From Selaginella moellendorffii (taxonomy: Eukaryota > Plantae > Lycopodiophyta), in the NCBI RefSeq assembly GCF_000143415.4, contig NW_003314360.1, positions 1 to 64,000 on the forward strand: DNA of 64,000 nt. Direction: 5' to 3'. A program made the position numbers and the translations under genes. Positions 1 through 11,089 of this stretch are shown here, in pieces; the first letter of the stretch is position 1; each line of letters opens with the position of its first letter. Below the pieces are notes generated by a model, which saw only the letters and a list, made by a program, of their open reading frames with translations, was not told the origin of the DNA and ran no database searches.

Positions 1-3000
1 GTAGGTGATTCGCGGCTGCAGATTGATAGATGTACAGGTCAAGAGATTTTAGTTACAGGATCTCCGAAGCGAGGAGAGGAGAGCGCATCAGTTTCACAGC
101 CAACTGTGCAAAGAGTGAAGGATGAAGTTATTATTCTCTCCAGTGACGAAAATGAAGAAGATGAGCTTCCTGACATAGCTTCCCAGACAAGTAGGTGTGT
201 TCCTTCTGGACCAGTTTTTGAAGTGGTGGATAAGGCATTTCGGCAATCTCGATCATTACGGTTGGAATTGAAGGAGTTCCAGTACATGAGAGGTGAGGAG
301 CTTCCTTCTTCCTATAATGGGAATATATTCTTCGAGTTTCCACCAGCAAGTTCGTCAAGCAGGAAAAGGGGTATGGAAACACGTCTTGATCCACATAATT
401 GGTGCAGAGTAAAGACGACCCACTTCTCTCATTTCGATGGATCTGTGTCCATAGTCCATTGTGGTGGACAGCTTCAGTGTGTCGCTGAGAAATGCATTTC
501 TGATCATGGCAAGAATATGTGTTTCTTTGAAGGCTCAGCAATCAATCCCCCTAGGCGTGATGAAGTTGCTACAGGATTTAGATGTCGCAAATGCGGGGCA
601 ACACCTGTGTGTCAAGCATGTTGCGATGCGAAAATGTATTATTTTCTTCCACGGGATGGATGTTTAGGCAGAGCAGCAGTGCATATTGGATACCACCAAC
701 ACGCAATTGAGGAAGGAATCCGCCGTGATTCTTTTCGCAATTTGAAGACTGCTGTTACTACAGAGGCTAGGAAGAAAAGTGCAGCAACTCCAAAGTGTGT
801 TCAACAGTCTATACTAAAGGACTATGTGGTGGACATGTTGTTACAATCTGATAGCCAAAAAGAGTTCACGGAGAATAGCTTGAAGGACCTACTTCGAAAT
901 ATAGAACCTATGACAAATTTAAATAGGTATAAAATTAACACTTAACTCTACTTTATCACTAATAACACTCTTTTTTGATTGGATGGGATTTTGGAGCTAA
1001 AGAGAAAATGTCCCTATGAGTTTATTCATGGGAGCTTATTCGTTGGCCAAGTGACTTCGAACAATCAACGCCCTTTCATCTTTAAGATGTCTACCCTTGG
1101 TCCTGCTTCTGGTGTGGACCTTGTACAACGAATGGATATGGATGGAGATGGGGATTTAGCTAATTCCTAAATCCATTTTGACCATATGGAACGAGTTTTA
1201 GGCTGGTCAACAATGGGAGCTCATGTTTATGATCACAAGTAAGTGGCTTTTCATTTTTTAAGGATCTATACCAATTTACATTATAACCATTCCTTTTATA
1301 GGTTGCAGTGCAATTTGACTATAGCTATAGCCGAATTCAAAGTTCAAGATTTTCAAGCACAAACCATCTTTTGGACATGTATGTCCGAGGTTGTTGAACA
1401 GCGAACCGGGAAGAAACCCAACTTCCGTGGTTTCATGGCAGATGCAGCTGGTGCTAACTGGTTGGCTGTACGACAAGTATTCGGAGGTGATAAAAGTCAG
1501 CCATTACAAGGTAGAGAGAAGAGTTGTGAGTTTCATTGGGCAAAGAGCGTCAATGAACATTGCCGATGCATCAAGTCTACCTTCCATCACGAGTTCAAGC
1601 AGCTTTGTCGGAAATGGATGGATGCACCAACTAAAGAGGAGCACGAGGCAAAGGCAAATGAAATGCGCATATGGTGGCGTGAAGGAGACAAAGTGCCAAT
1701 TGAAAACCTTCCACAAATGGAATGCTGGCTTGCATGGTGGGAAGTTCGAATGTTTCAGTGGGGTCATTATACTCTCCATGTAAGATTTCTCTCATTTTCT
1801 TTCTTGTCACATTCAAATGTTGCATTTTTTGTAGGATCAACCACTTGATGATATTGCACTTACACCAACAATTAATCTCTCTGAGAGCAAACATTGGAGT
1901 TGGAGAGCTTCCGAAGCAGGGAAGGGAAAAGTGTCCCTCTATGAAGCTACACTCTCCGACCTCACTAGATCTCTTGAGCAATCATCAAAAGCTTTGGCTG
2001 CACAGGAAGCAAGGTTTGCTGGTACAGGTCCGAACTTAGACAGGCTTCAAGAGCGGGTTGGTAGAAGGACAACACCAGCAGCAGGGTCAATGTCCAAGAT
2101 GGTGGAGGAAGTTGTTGCTGGAACTCCTATGAAATCAAGTTATGAGCCACTTGGGGACATGAGAACAGCCCGTATGAAGCGTCGACAGACATTTGATGGG
2201 TCAAACATCACTCCTTCTAGCTCTCACCGTCCAGAGTTTGACTACCATTCTGTTCCACGACACCGGAAAAGAACTAAGGAACATGGAGTGGAGGAGGTGC
2301 CAGTTGTTACACAAGTAAGTCCAGTGCCAGAGGTTGAAAAGGTTATTTCTCGCGAGCCAGTTTCTCGTATCAACTGGGCAATTCGAAGAGTCAGTGCCAA
2401 GAGCAATGCACGTTGCTCTGGAATGATTGGGAGTCGAGGTCAGTGTCTCGCTTTTGTGCGCTCAGGTTCAAGTTCTTCAGCAGTGCCATGTTTCTGGGGC
2501 TGTCGAGATCTAGGAGTGAAGGGCCGCCAGTCAAGCTGGATCTACTGTTGTGGGACTGATGTTACTCATACAAGCAGGATCCACAGCTCAATTATTTTGA
2601 AGCCAAATTCTGTGCCAGAGGAGTGGCCAGTTGAGCGAAGCTGCAATCTTTTGAAAGAAGAGATTGAAAGTCTGGAGAGAGCAGGTTTCAAGCTAAAGAC
2701 TTCCTCAAATGTTGCTATTAGTACTGCTATGCCACCAATATCAACACTAGACCGGCATACACGACCAGCTAGGAATGGGAAGGCTATACAATACAGGTCT
2801 TCCATTTCGAAAGGTGCACAAGAGAAGATCAAGTTGGCAAAAGAGCTAAAGTGCACAATCACAAAGACAAACTACATCAGTGCTATGGCTAAGGAGTTTA
2901 TTATTGTGACTGAGTCATCAAAGGGTACGAGCTACACTGTTAAAATCTGCGAAAATCCATCCTGTACCTGTCCAGATTTTACACAGCGGGAGAACAGGGG

Positions 3001-3127
3001 AAAGGTATATTTAGCCTGCAAGCACATCTATTACATTTTTATGCAGGAACTAAACCAAGATCCTAAGATCGACCATCACATCCACCAGGCAAGCCTTACA
3101 GTTGCGGAGCTTGAGAAGTGTTTTTAG
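1..3127 (+). mobile_element. Mutator-like (MULE) DDE transposase gene with N-terminal GCM-like Cys/His domain and C-terminal SWIM zinc finger; disrupted, 5' end probably upstream of the window
   Basis: ORFs 106-945, 979-1170, 1243-1848 and 1931-3127 join via short GT-AG introns (1239-1301, 1780-1834). Catalytic-type motifs FDH, FMADAA, CEFH (CxxH) and NLSESKH; SWIM motif CTCPDF...CKH. In-frame TAA at 1168-1170. Confidence 0.75.
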
Positions 3128-3269
3128 ATTGCTTTTAGTGTTCGGATCTATATTTATATTTGTATTTTATTAGTCGAATTTACTTGGAAATATAGATTAA
3201 ATCAAAATTTGAAGAATGGAAAGATGTTGGTTCGGGACGAACCAATGTTTTTCTTGTGTTTGAGAAGCC

Positions 3270-3311
3270 GTGAGCTCAGCTCATGAGCTCAGCTCGTGAG
3301 CTCATGAGCTC
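3270..3311. repeat. Cluster of palindromic GAGCTC/TGAGCTCA motifs, possible subterminal/TIR region of the MULE
   Basis: gtgagctcagctcatgagctcagctcgtgagctcatgagctca about 140 bp after the transposase stop. Confidence 0.45.
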
Positions 3312-3887
3312 AAAACCTACCCGGGCTCCTGGCACGGCTGTCCCTCGTGGGTATTTTTGGTTAAGCAGATCGACTAGGCTATTTTCGGTACATTTGTCCG
3401 AGGCATAGGATCATCTACCCGGTAACCCGGTACCGACCATGACCAAAACAATTTCCCTAAACAATTCCTATGTCACCTCTTACGGTTTGGGTGTCCGGGG
3501 GGTACCTTTATCATGGAAGACGAGGATTAGTAATGCAATCTCCACTAGCTCTATCTCTCATTTTGTGAAAGTACGAAGCTAGGTTTCAAAACTGAACTGA
3601 GATTTGCACGACTGATGCTCACGAGCCAATGTACTCAGGTACATGCCCGGGCCGCACATCAGAAGTGACTTCCAACGATTAGAGCTAAGGAGCATGCTCA
3701 ACCTGATCGCTATCCGTTGACTCATGGATCTCGCCGTCTGGACCAGTTGCTGTCATCCCGTCTTTTTTCTAAGCGGATGATTAGAAGCTGGAACAGTCGA
3801 TATCACAAGCACTACCTGGGCAGAGTCAGTGAGAGCCCCTTGTGTCGCTGTGGTATTTAGTTCCAGCGCTCTGGCCGAGAGGTCCCA

Positions 3888-4348
3888 AGCAGAAATATAA
3901 TTGTGGTAAAAGATAAAAGAGTAGAGGGTCTTTGGAGGAACTAAATGTGATTCAAATCAAATGTTTATGGTTTGGTGGTAAGTTCTATTTCTATTATTAT
4001 TATTAACTATTAATTATAATTTAGAAACAATTATATAAATCAGTTCAACTTCACTCATTATACAATCAAAATTTTGTTGATCCTATGACTGGAGTTCATA
4101 CAAATTGTATTAAATCAACATGGAATGTAGTGAAAATATCCTTTCATTGCTATGGTATAGCAAAAGGATTATACTGCTCTTACTTTCAAGAATATATTTG
4201 GCAAAAAATATATATTGAAAGAAAGGAAACTGCATTTAATATCCTATGTAGTCATATTAAGCTATATAATCAGGATAATGCTGTTCTATTAGAAGAAATA
4301 GTATATTTTATTTTGTACTTTAAATACTTAAAAATAATTGAAAAATAA
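3888..4348 (+). mobile_element. Degenerate Merlin (IS1595/IS1016-like) DNA transposase remnant
   Basis: Fragments KYNCGKR..VFGG and QNFVDPMTGVHTNCIKSTW...SYFQEYIW match the Merlin/ISXO2 signatures KYnrG..WVFGG and FVDP.TG.HTN.IE..W...YL.E..WR; frameshifted and AT-rich. Confidence 0.65.
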
Positions 4349-4944
4349 TATGTGAGAACAATCTTTAATTTATAGTAATAAGGTTACATAAGCAATGAGG
4401 TGGCATGTAAATCCAAATAAGCAAATGGGGCCAAAGGGGGGTGTTGTATTGGGCATTCTACCTGTGGTTGAAAAGTGCAGGACCTTAGTCTGGGAGGCCT
4501 TTGGGCAGATTAGGTAGGAGATGTGGAGAGCATTTGGTGTGCAAGTAAGCTCAAAACTACAAGCACTTTGAGGGGGAGAACACTAGGATCTCAATGATTA
4601 TAGCAAATTAGTGGAGGCTCACGTTGGCAGCAGTTTGACTCAAAGAGACAATGTTGCAAGAACATGGTAAGAGAGACACACTCGAGGTGCGGTGAAGGTA
4701 ATTGATCCCATGAGTATGAAGGAGGAATCAAATGGAAGTGAAAACATCCAGATATGGGAAGGAGGCGAGGTGAGGAGACATCGACTTGGACATTCTGAGG
4801 AGGAGACAACCGTAACAATCCCTCTTGGAGGGTAGAGAACACCACAAGACATGTTTTTAGTGAGAGGCAAGATATGAGGGAATAACACCTTGAGGGTGTT
4901 CTTTTTTTTGTAATAGTCCCTAAAAGACCTTGAGAAATGTATGC

Positions 4945-5302
4945 ACTTGCATCCAACCAGAGAACAGTCCCACTTTTTTCAGCGTAACAATCCATGCCTT
5001 TGTCAGGAACAAAGCTCCAATTGAAAGCATGAATCAAGTTAAACAATAGCAATTGAGCAGTCTTCAATCCCAGTGACATCCCTAGACACATTCTTTGGCC
5101 CAGCCCAAAGTCCTGGCCTTTTATGTCAATCAAGTTTTCCCAAGGAACCTTTCCATCCTGAATCACAGTGCATCCTCCCTTACTGCTGGATCTCTTCCAA
5201 TTGTATAACAATTGACAAATGTGGAAGTTCCCTTGGGAATGTCATAGCCAGCAACCTTGCACGCTTCAGTTGACATGTGAATCAGCAGTGGAGCTGGACC
5301 TT
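4945..5302 (-). pseudogene. Cytochrome P450 pseudogene fragment (C-terminal exon), paralog of the P450 at 7716-9259
   Basis: PLLIHMSTEACKVAGYDIPKGTSTFVNCYTIGRD and DIKGQDFGLGQRMCLGMSLGLKTAQLLLFNLIHAFNWSFVP align to exon 2 of the intact P450; stop, frameshift and deletion of ELLPF. Confidence 0.85.
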
Positions 5303-6267
5303 GACGATTGCCCAAGGTACTCCAGTTTGTCAAAGCCTCTCTCTGCAACAAGGCATTCCTTTCCGACGATGGTGTCAATCTAAATTTATATTATAATTTA
5401 TAAACTTTCTTAAGTGTATTTTAAGTAATATGATTAATCTTGTGTTTATAAATTATGTATAAATAGCACACACCATTTCCAATGAAAGAGAAGTATCTAA
5501 GAGGTATATAAGATGTTGAGGTAAAGAGGTGGAAAGATGTAAAGAACAGAAGGAATTTACAAGAAAGAAAAAATATAAGTAATCAATATTCTTTGTCACA
5601 GTTACTCTTTCCAATAGGAAGGATGAATTGATGATCTATTGATATAAAAATTGGTTGCATTTAACAGTCCATGTGAGTGTCTTTGACTTGATATGTTCTT
5701 ATTTTCTTGCTAAACTATTCTGCTGGTCTGCTTAAAACTTAGTGGTCCAACTTTGATGATTTTATGCAATTATTGATCAAGATATTTTATGGAGCCGACA
5801 ATGTAAAAAAGCAACTTATATTGGTCTCATCCTTCTACCTGTTGCAATTTGATTGACATACCACCGAGCTAAAAATATTAAATATCCTGACTAGACTAAG
5901 AAGTTTTCTTGTCTTCCAGGACAGGACACCTGTTTATGGCATTATCTCCCAGGAAACAGCAAGCTTTGAAGGTTTCTTGGACGACCTAGGATTCTAAGCT
6001 TCTAGTCTTCTAAGCTCTGGATGAAATAAGACTGAGCATAGAATACTGCTGACTTCCATATGTGCACCGCGTGAGGAATGGCTTGGCTGGGCGAACAATG
6101 TATATGACAAAGTGCTAGGTGATCATCCGAATTGCGTAAAAAAATCATGGCTGCAGTAAGTTGCAAGGTTGCCATGCATTTTTCATTGATTTTCACTTCG
6201 TATGTAGCTAGTTTACAAAGTAAAGGCCACGCTACTAAGAGAAAAATAGCTGGAAGTACATCGATTT

Positions 6268-7362
6268 TCATATCAAGTTTGATAAATTTTGGATCTGGTT
6301 GAGTTTGTTTGAACTTGCCACCACGTTGCACCTTTTCGGGTCCGACACGATGATGGTGCGCTTTGGATCCAGAATCCAAGTCCCACGAAACGTGCCTCCA
6401 CCCAGTAGGGGGTTATCCATGCCATGGTAGCAGCTGCTCGCATAATGGAACACCAGATTCGCTGGGATTGTGCAGGAGAGAACATCCAGGAACTTCAGGA
6501 AATCTTTCTTCCCATTCCGGGACGCATTCGTGGCAAGGATATCACGGTAATAGATGAATTCGTCTTCCTTGTCCTGGATCATCCTGCACGTAGTGTTCAC
6601 GGCGTCCTGAAACGTCTGCACGCTCGGATCGGTGAGCAGCAGCACCGCCGGAAGATTGTTAAACTTCTTCTTGTAAAACTCCTTGGGAAACGAGAAGACG
6701 TCGTTCACCATCCACATATGATCGAGCATAGCGTTCTGAGCCCTGATGTAATCCAGGGACTCAACATCCTCATCGTCAAACGAAGCACCCATTGCGTAGA
6801 TGAGTGGCAGAATGAAGACGTTCTTCCTCCGGTAGAGCTCGTAGTCCTGCGTTAAGTCGTCACTCGAGATGCTTCTCGCCCAGCCCTCAACAGTGGAAAC
6901 CGTGCGCTTGAACAGCTCCGGCTTCAACAGAGACCTCAAATCCTCCATCAGATCGTGGCACGCTCGATAGGCAAGAATGTCCGGAACTTCCGCGAGCGAT
7001 GCGGTTCCATAGCAGAGGCTAAGAACAGTGTCGAGATACGATGTCGCGAGAGCTCCCGCAGCAACCTCGTTGTCATCAAACGGATCGTTCAGGAAGGCAG
7101 TGAGCCAGGCAAACTTGGCCGACGCCACCATGTTGGCTTTTGGAGCGTGAGGCGTGGAGAGGCACGTAAACATTGGAACTTTCCACTGGACCAGGCATTT
7201 CTTCTCCTCCGGACTGAAATCCCTCCTCATGCATTTGAATGCCCACTCGTTTGCTTCCTTGGTGATTGACATATACTCGGGATGCCTTTGGAAAGGTATC
7301 TCCGGCGTGAGAGCAAAGAGATGTTCTACCGCTGGTAGCTTCTGTAAACACGGACTTGCCAT
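6268..7362 (-). CDS. MTPSL: Microbial terpene synthase-like protein (class I, alpha-domain only), intronless, 364 aa
   Basis: Size and motif layout of bacterial/fungal-type terpene cyclases: Asp-rich motif LNDPFDD, pyrophosphate-sensor region YELYRR, NSE/DTE motif NDVFSFPKE and C-terminal HYASSCY at the RY position; no introns. Confidence 0.92.
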   Translation of the reverse strand: MASPCLQKLPAVEHLFALTPEIPFQRHPEYMSITKEANEWAFKCMRRDFSPEEKKCLVQWKVPMFTCLSTPHAPKANMVASAKFAWLTAFLNDPFDDNEVAAGALATSYLDTVLSLCYGTASLAEVPDILAYRACHDLMEDLRSLLKPELFKRTVSTVEGWARSISSDDLTQDYELYRRKNVFILPLIYAMGASFDDEDVESLDYIRAQNAMLDHMWMVNDVFSFPKEFYKKKFNNLPAVLLLTDPSVQTFQDAVNTTCRMIQDKEDEFIYYRDILATNASRNGKKDFLKFLDVLSCTIPANLVFHYASSCYHGMDNPLLGGGTFRGTWILDPKRTIIVSDPKRCNVVASSNKLNQIQNLSNLI

Positions 7363-7715
7363 TTCTTTAGAGATGGTTTCGAGATATTTTCTTCAATTTA
7401 TGCTGCTAGGTTTCACGTGATCATGCCCAAGAAGTTTCCTGCTTGGACTGACTTTGATTGTGTACAGAAAATAGAACCGGTAGTTGTCAAAGAAAAGGCG
7501 GTCAGTTATTCTCATCTAAACTGCAACGCTTTTTCTTTGGGAGTCTAATGAGTCCATTTATAATGACTTGAAAGATTGTTGTGTAGTCAATTCAAGTGTG
7601 GCACTCGTCAAAGTTGTGGCTGACTAGAATTCTCAACAACCAATCTCAACCAAGTTTGAAGAAGCAAGCATATAATTGCCAAGGGCTATTTGCTTCTCAA
7701 ATCTCAAATCTTCAT
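7363..7715. promoter_or_regulatory. Putative bidirectional promoter between MTPSL and P450
   Basis: 353 bp between divergent ATGs; TATAAT at 7671-7676 (+), TATAAA at 7557-7562 (-), G-box CACGTG 7414-7419, W-box AGTCAA 7585-7590 plus several TGAC cores. Confidence 0.55.
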
Positions 7716-9259
7716 ATGGGGACTCTCCTCTATGTCATAATCTTGCTTGCTTTTGTCTATGTCTTAAGGAAATATTTGCTGCGCCTTAAGCTGCCTCCAT
7801 CTCCATGGGGATTGCCCCTCCTTGGACACCTCCATCATCTCGCAGGAATTCCCTTCCTTTCATTGCATGCCCTGTCCAAGCAGTATGGACCAATTCTCTT
7901 CATGAAGCTGGGAACCGTGCCAGCGGTTGTCATCTCAAGCTCGGTTCTCGCCAAAGAGGTGTTGAGGTCGCAAGATCAGATGTTTGCTTCCAGGCCTTAC
8001 ATCCTCGTTGGAGACTATGGCTTGTACCACTTCCAGGGGATCGGACCTGTCCCTTACAATGATCACTGGAAGATGATGCGAAAGCTCTGCGCCACGGAGC
8101 TTTTCACTCCCAAGAGGATCGACTCGTTTCTCCCAATCAGGCTAGAGGAGATCACCGGCATGTTTTCGGCGCTTCGAGGTGCTGGAGCGCACAAAGCTGT
8201 GGACATGAGGAACATGTTGTCGATCTTCACCTTCAATGTCATGACCCGGATTCTCATGAACAAGAGATTCTTCGAGTACGGGGAGGATGAGGAACACATC
8301 GATGGCGAGGCCAAGCAGTTCAAAGACATTGTGTTCGAGACAGCAGACCAGGGACTCCAGTTTCATATCAGCGAGTTCATCCCGCACTGGCTCCGGTGGA
8401 TTGATTGGAAAGTCCCGGAACTGAAGAGGCTCCATGCGAAGAAGGATAAGTTTCTCCAGAACATCCTTGACCAGCACAAGGACATGGCATCGACAAAGGG
8501 ACACAAGGACTTCATGGACATCATGCTGCAAAATCTAGAGCACAGAGGAGCAGCCAGGGAGGATTTCATCAAGGCAGTAGTCCTTGTAAGTTTCCCCACA
8601 CAACTTGTTTTGGTCACCAATCTCAAAACCATTTTGATCTGCAGGAACTCACCATTGCGGGGACCGATACAAGCGCTTGCATTGTCGAATGGACCCTCCT
8701 GGAGCTCCTTCACAACCCCCGAGTCCTGAGTAAGCTCAAGGAAGAGCTCGATGCAGTGGTGGGATCAAGTAGTCACATGGTCGAGGAGCCCGATTTCCAG
8801 AACCTGGACTACCTCAACGCGGTGATCAAGGAAGCTTTTCGTCTCCATCCACCTCTGCCGCTCCTCATTCCTCACATGTCGACTCAGACTTGCACCATAG
8901 CCGGCTTTCACGTCCCAAAGAATGCCTTCACGTTTGTCAACGTATACTCAATCGGAAGAGAGCGAGGGGTATGGGAAAGGGCGGATGAGTTTTGGCCGGA
9001 GAGGTTTCTTGGTAAGTCCGTGGATGTTAGAGGCCAGGACTTTGAGTTGCTTCCATTCGGATCCGGGCGACGGGCTTGTGCGGGAATGCAGCTGGGCTTG
9101 AAGACTGTCCAGCTTTTGGTGTCCAATTTGGTCCATGCTTTTGACTGGAGCTTTGTTCCAGGCAAACCGAGTGAAGATTACCTCCTTCAAGAACGTCATG
9201 GCACTGTTAACTGGATCAAGACCCCATTACAAGTTTGTGTCGTTCCTAGGACCAGATAG
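7716..9259 (+). CDS. Cytochrome P450, CYP71 clan (A-type), 2 exons (7716-8585, 8645-9259), ~494 aa, intact
   Basis: N-terminal membrane anchor, PPSPWGLP hinge, phase-0 GT-AG intron 8586-8644 just before I-helix AGTDTS, KEAFR (ExxR), FWPERF and heme motif FGSGRRACAG. Confidence 0.95.
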
Positions 9260-9963
9260 CTCTCTTCTGTTTAACTGAAAATAAACCAATCTTTTGGTAC
9301 AATGGATTGAACTATCTCAGGGATGGAGATCTCGGGCTCAACTCGGGCAACAGGATCATCATGTCTGTTGGTACAGAGTGATGTTAATTGGGTGCTGGTA
9401 GTTCCCAATATTTTGCAGTGCTACTTCAAAACCCCTAAGTGATCCTCATTGCTTCTCTATGAAGCATGTAAACATGCTTCACAGACTAGGTATACCAGGC
9501 TCTCTTGAGCTGATCAAAGGGATGTTTCAAGAAGATTGTTATCACAGGCTAGAAACTTGGCTAGTAATCATTCTTCCCCATCTCAGGTATGGCATCAAGC
9601 TTACCATTAGAGCAAACATAAATTGCACTCATTACAGAATTTTTGATATACATTTTCTAGGTCAGTCAACATTGTTGGAAAATCCTTCTTGACTTTTTAC
9701 TACACATCCACCAAGTTCAAACCTTTGATGAAATATTACACCTTTAGCAACTCATTATAAGTGCTTATGAAACTAAGGTAAATATCACGAAATTTGCAAG
9801 TATATGCATTTAAAAACAAAGTCCTCTACCTAATCCTTCTCACTGTTCTGTAGGAGTCAAAGTAAAGCATTGTTTACTTGACCAGAAAAAAGAATGCAAA
9901 TCTCATTCACAGCCTACAACCATTGCAAGAAATTGAGAAATTGGGCTTTGATCCAGCACAGCC

Positions 9964-10308
9964 ATGGGTGTTTTCATCTACTTCAAAGGATGCTGAGGAG
10001 CTACAGGCTTTGGTTTAGGAAGCACTGCCAAAAAGGTTGCACAGAATTGACTAAATTATGTGAATTCATTATCCAACTCTTTGCAATTTCGCATGCAGGG
10101 GCTAGGTCGGGAACTGGGTTTGCGACTGCCAGAGTCTTGGCTAAGTATGGCACCCATGTTGTATTCCAGCCAGAAAATGCAAAGGCAGCAAAGTCTAAGA
10201 TTCAACAAGAAGGAAGCAATATGAAAGTAATACTCTTGGGGTTGGATCTGAGCTCTCTCATGTTGGTAAGGAAGTTTGTCAAAGAATTCAAGGCTTTAAA
10301 CCTTATCC
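9964..10308 (+). pseudogene. 5' fragment of a TIC32-like SDR, paralog of the SDR at 19499-20894
   Basis: MGVFIYFKGC*GATGFGLGSTAKKVA then GARSGTGFATARVLAKYGTHVV...LDLSSLMLVRKFVKEFKALNL, colinear with exons 1-2 of the intact SDR; premature stop, truncated at a Copia remnant. Confidence 0.85.
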
Positions 10309-10600
10309 TAAAGAAGAAAAAAGAAAGAATAGAGCTGGATCTCAAGGTAAATGTATCTAACATGATTAGAGCAACAGATCTATTATACTAGAGCTACTAG
10401 AGGTATTGCATGAGCTAATAAGGAGTGAGCACTGAAGCTAACTAGAGTTAATTGGAGATGGTGGATTCCATTATGTTCCAACACTCCCTTTTCTTGGTGT
10501 GCCACTGACAAGAATGACTCCTAAATTGTGGCAATGATTAGTGAATGTGGACTCTTGGTAAAGGCTTGGTGAGGATATCTGTCATCTATTCATGACTTGA
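10309..10600 (-). mobile_element. Ty1/copia 3' end remnant (RNase H C-terminus, PPT, start of 3' LTR)
   Basis: Minus-strand DILTKPLPR; purine tract AAGGGAG followed by TGTTGG at ~10483. Confidence 0.55.
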
Positions 10601-10611
10601 AAAAGAAATAA

Positions 10612-10735
10612 ATTATTATGATCTGGCGTGAAAAGACAAAAATTCAGTCTTCCTAGACTATGTTACACCTCCTTTTGAGGTTCTTCACCATTTAACCACC
10701 CCCAAACTACCTTAAAAACTCCATTGCACCACCAC
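10612..10735 (-). mobile_element. Partial LTR of the short-LTR Ty3/gypsy family also seen at 15002-15200 and 28336-28568
   Basis: Shared sequence tgaaaagacaaa...ttgaggttcttcacca...accacccc. Confidence 0.65.
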
Positions 10736-11089
10736 TTCTCACCAAGTTTGTCTAAAATATCATCCACACACAATATTAGCATATTATCCTTCACTATTTC
10801 TTGTTCAAGGCACAGTAGTTAATACATATCCGCATTGAAACATCCTTCTTCACAAGCAAAACTAAAGCACCAAATGAAGACTTACTTAGCTGAATAAATT
10901 TAAACTCAAGTAACTTTTTGACTTGTCGTTGAACTTCTTGCTCTTCTACATAACTCAACCGAAATGGATGCCAGTAAATTGGCTACATCCTTAACTCCCT
11001 CTTGGATATGGTGTGTTGCCTTCTTCTGCATTTCAGACTGCCACACAGCTTCTGGGGAGAAGCAGTGAACACGACAGTTTACTTGCGTA

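Noticed and set aside
6268-7362. Microbial contamination as the source of the intronless terpene synthase (and the oxidase at 21387-23063)
   Set aside because: Each lies within 500 bp of an intron-containing plant gene on the same contig, and a decayed oxidase paralog exists in the window
7596-7715. Upstream N-terminal extensions given by the ORF track for the P450 (7596) and oxidase (21285)
   Set aside because: Non-ATG starts; ATGs at 7716 and 21387 give a proper membrane anchor or signal peptide and follow TATA-like boxes
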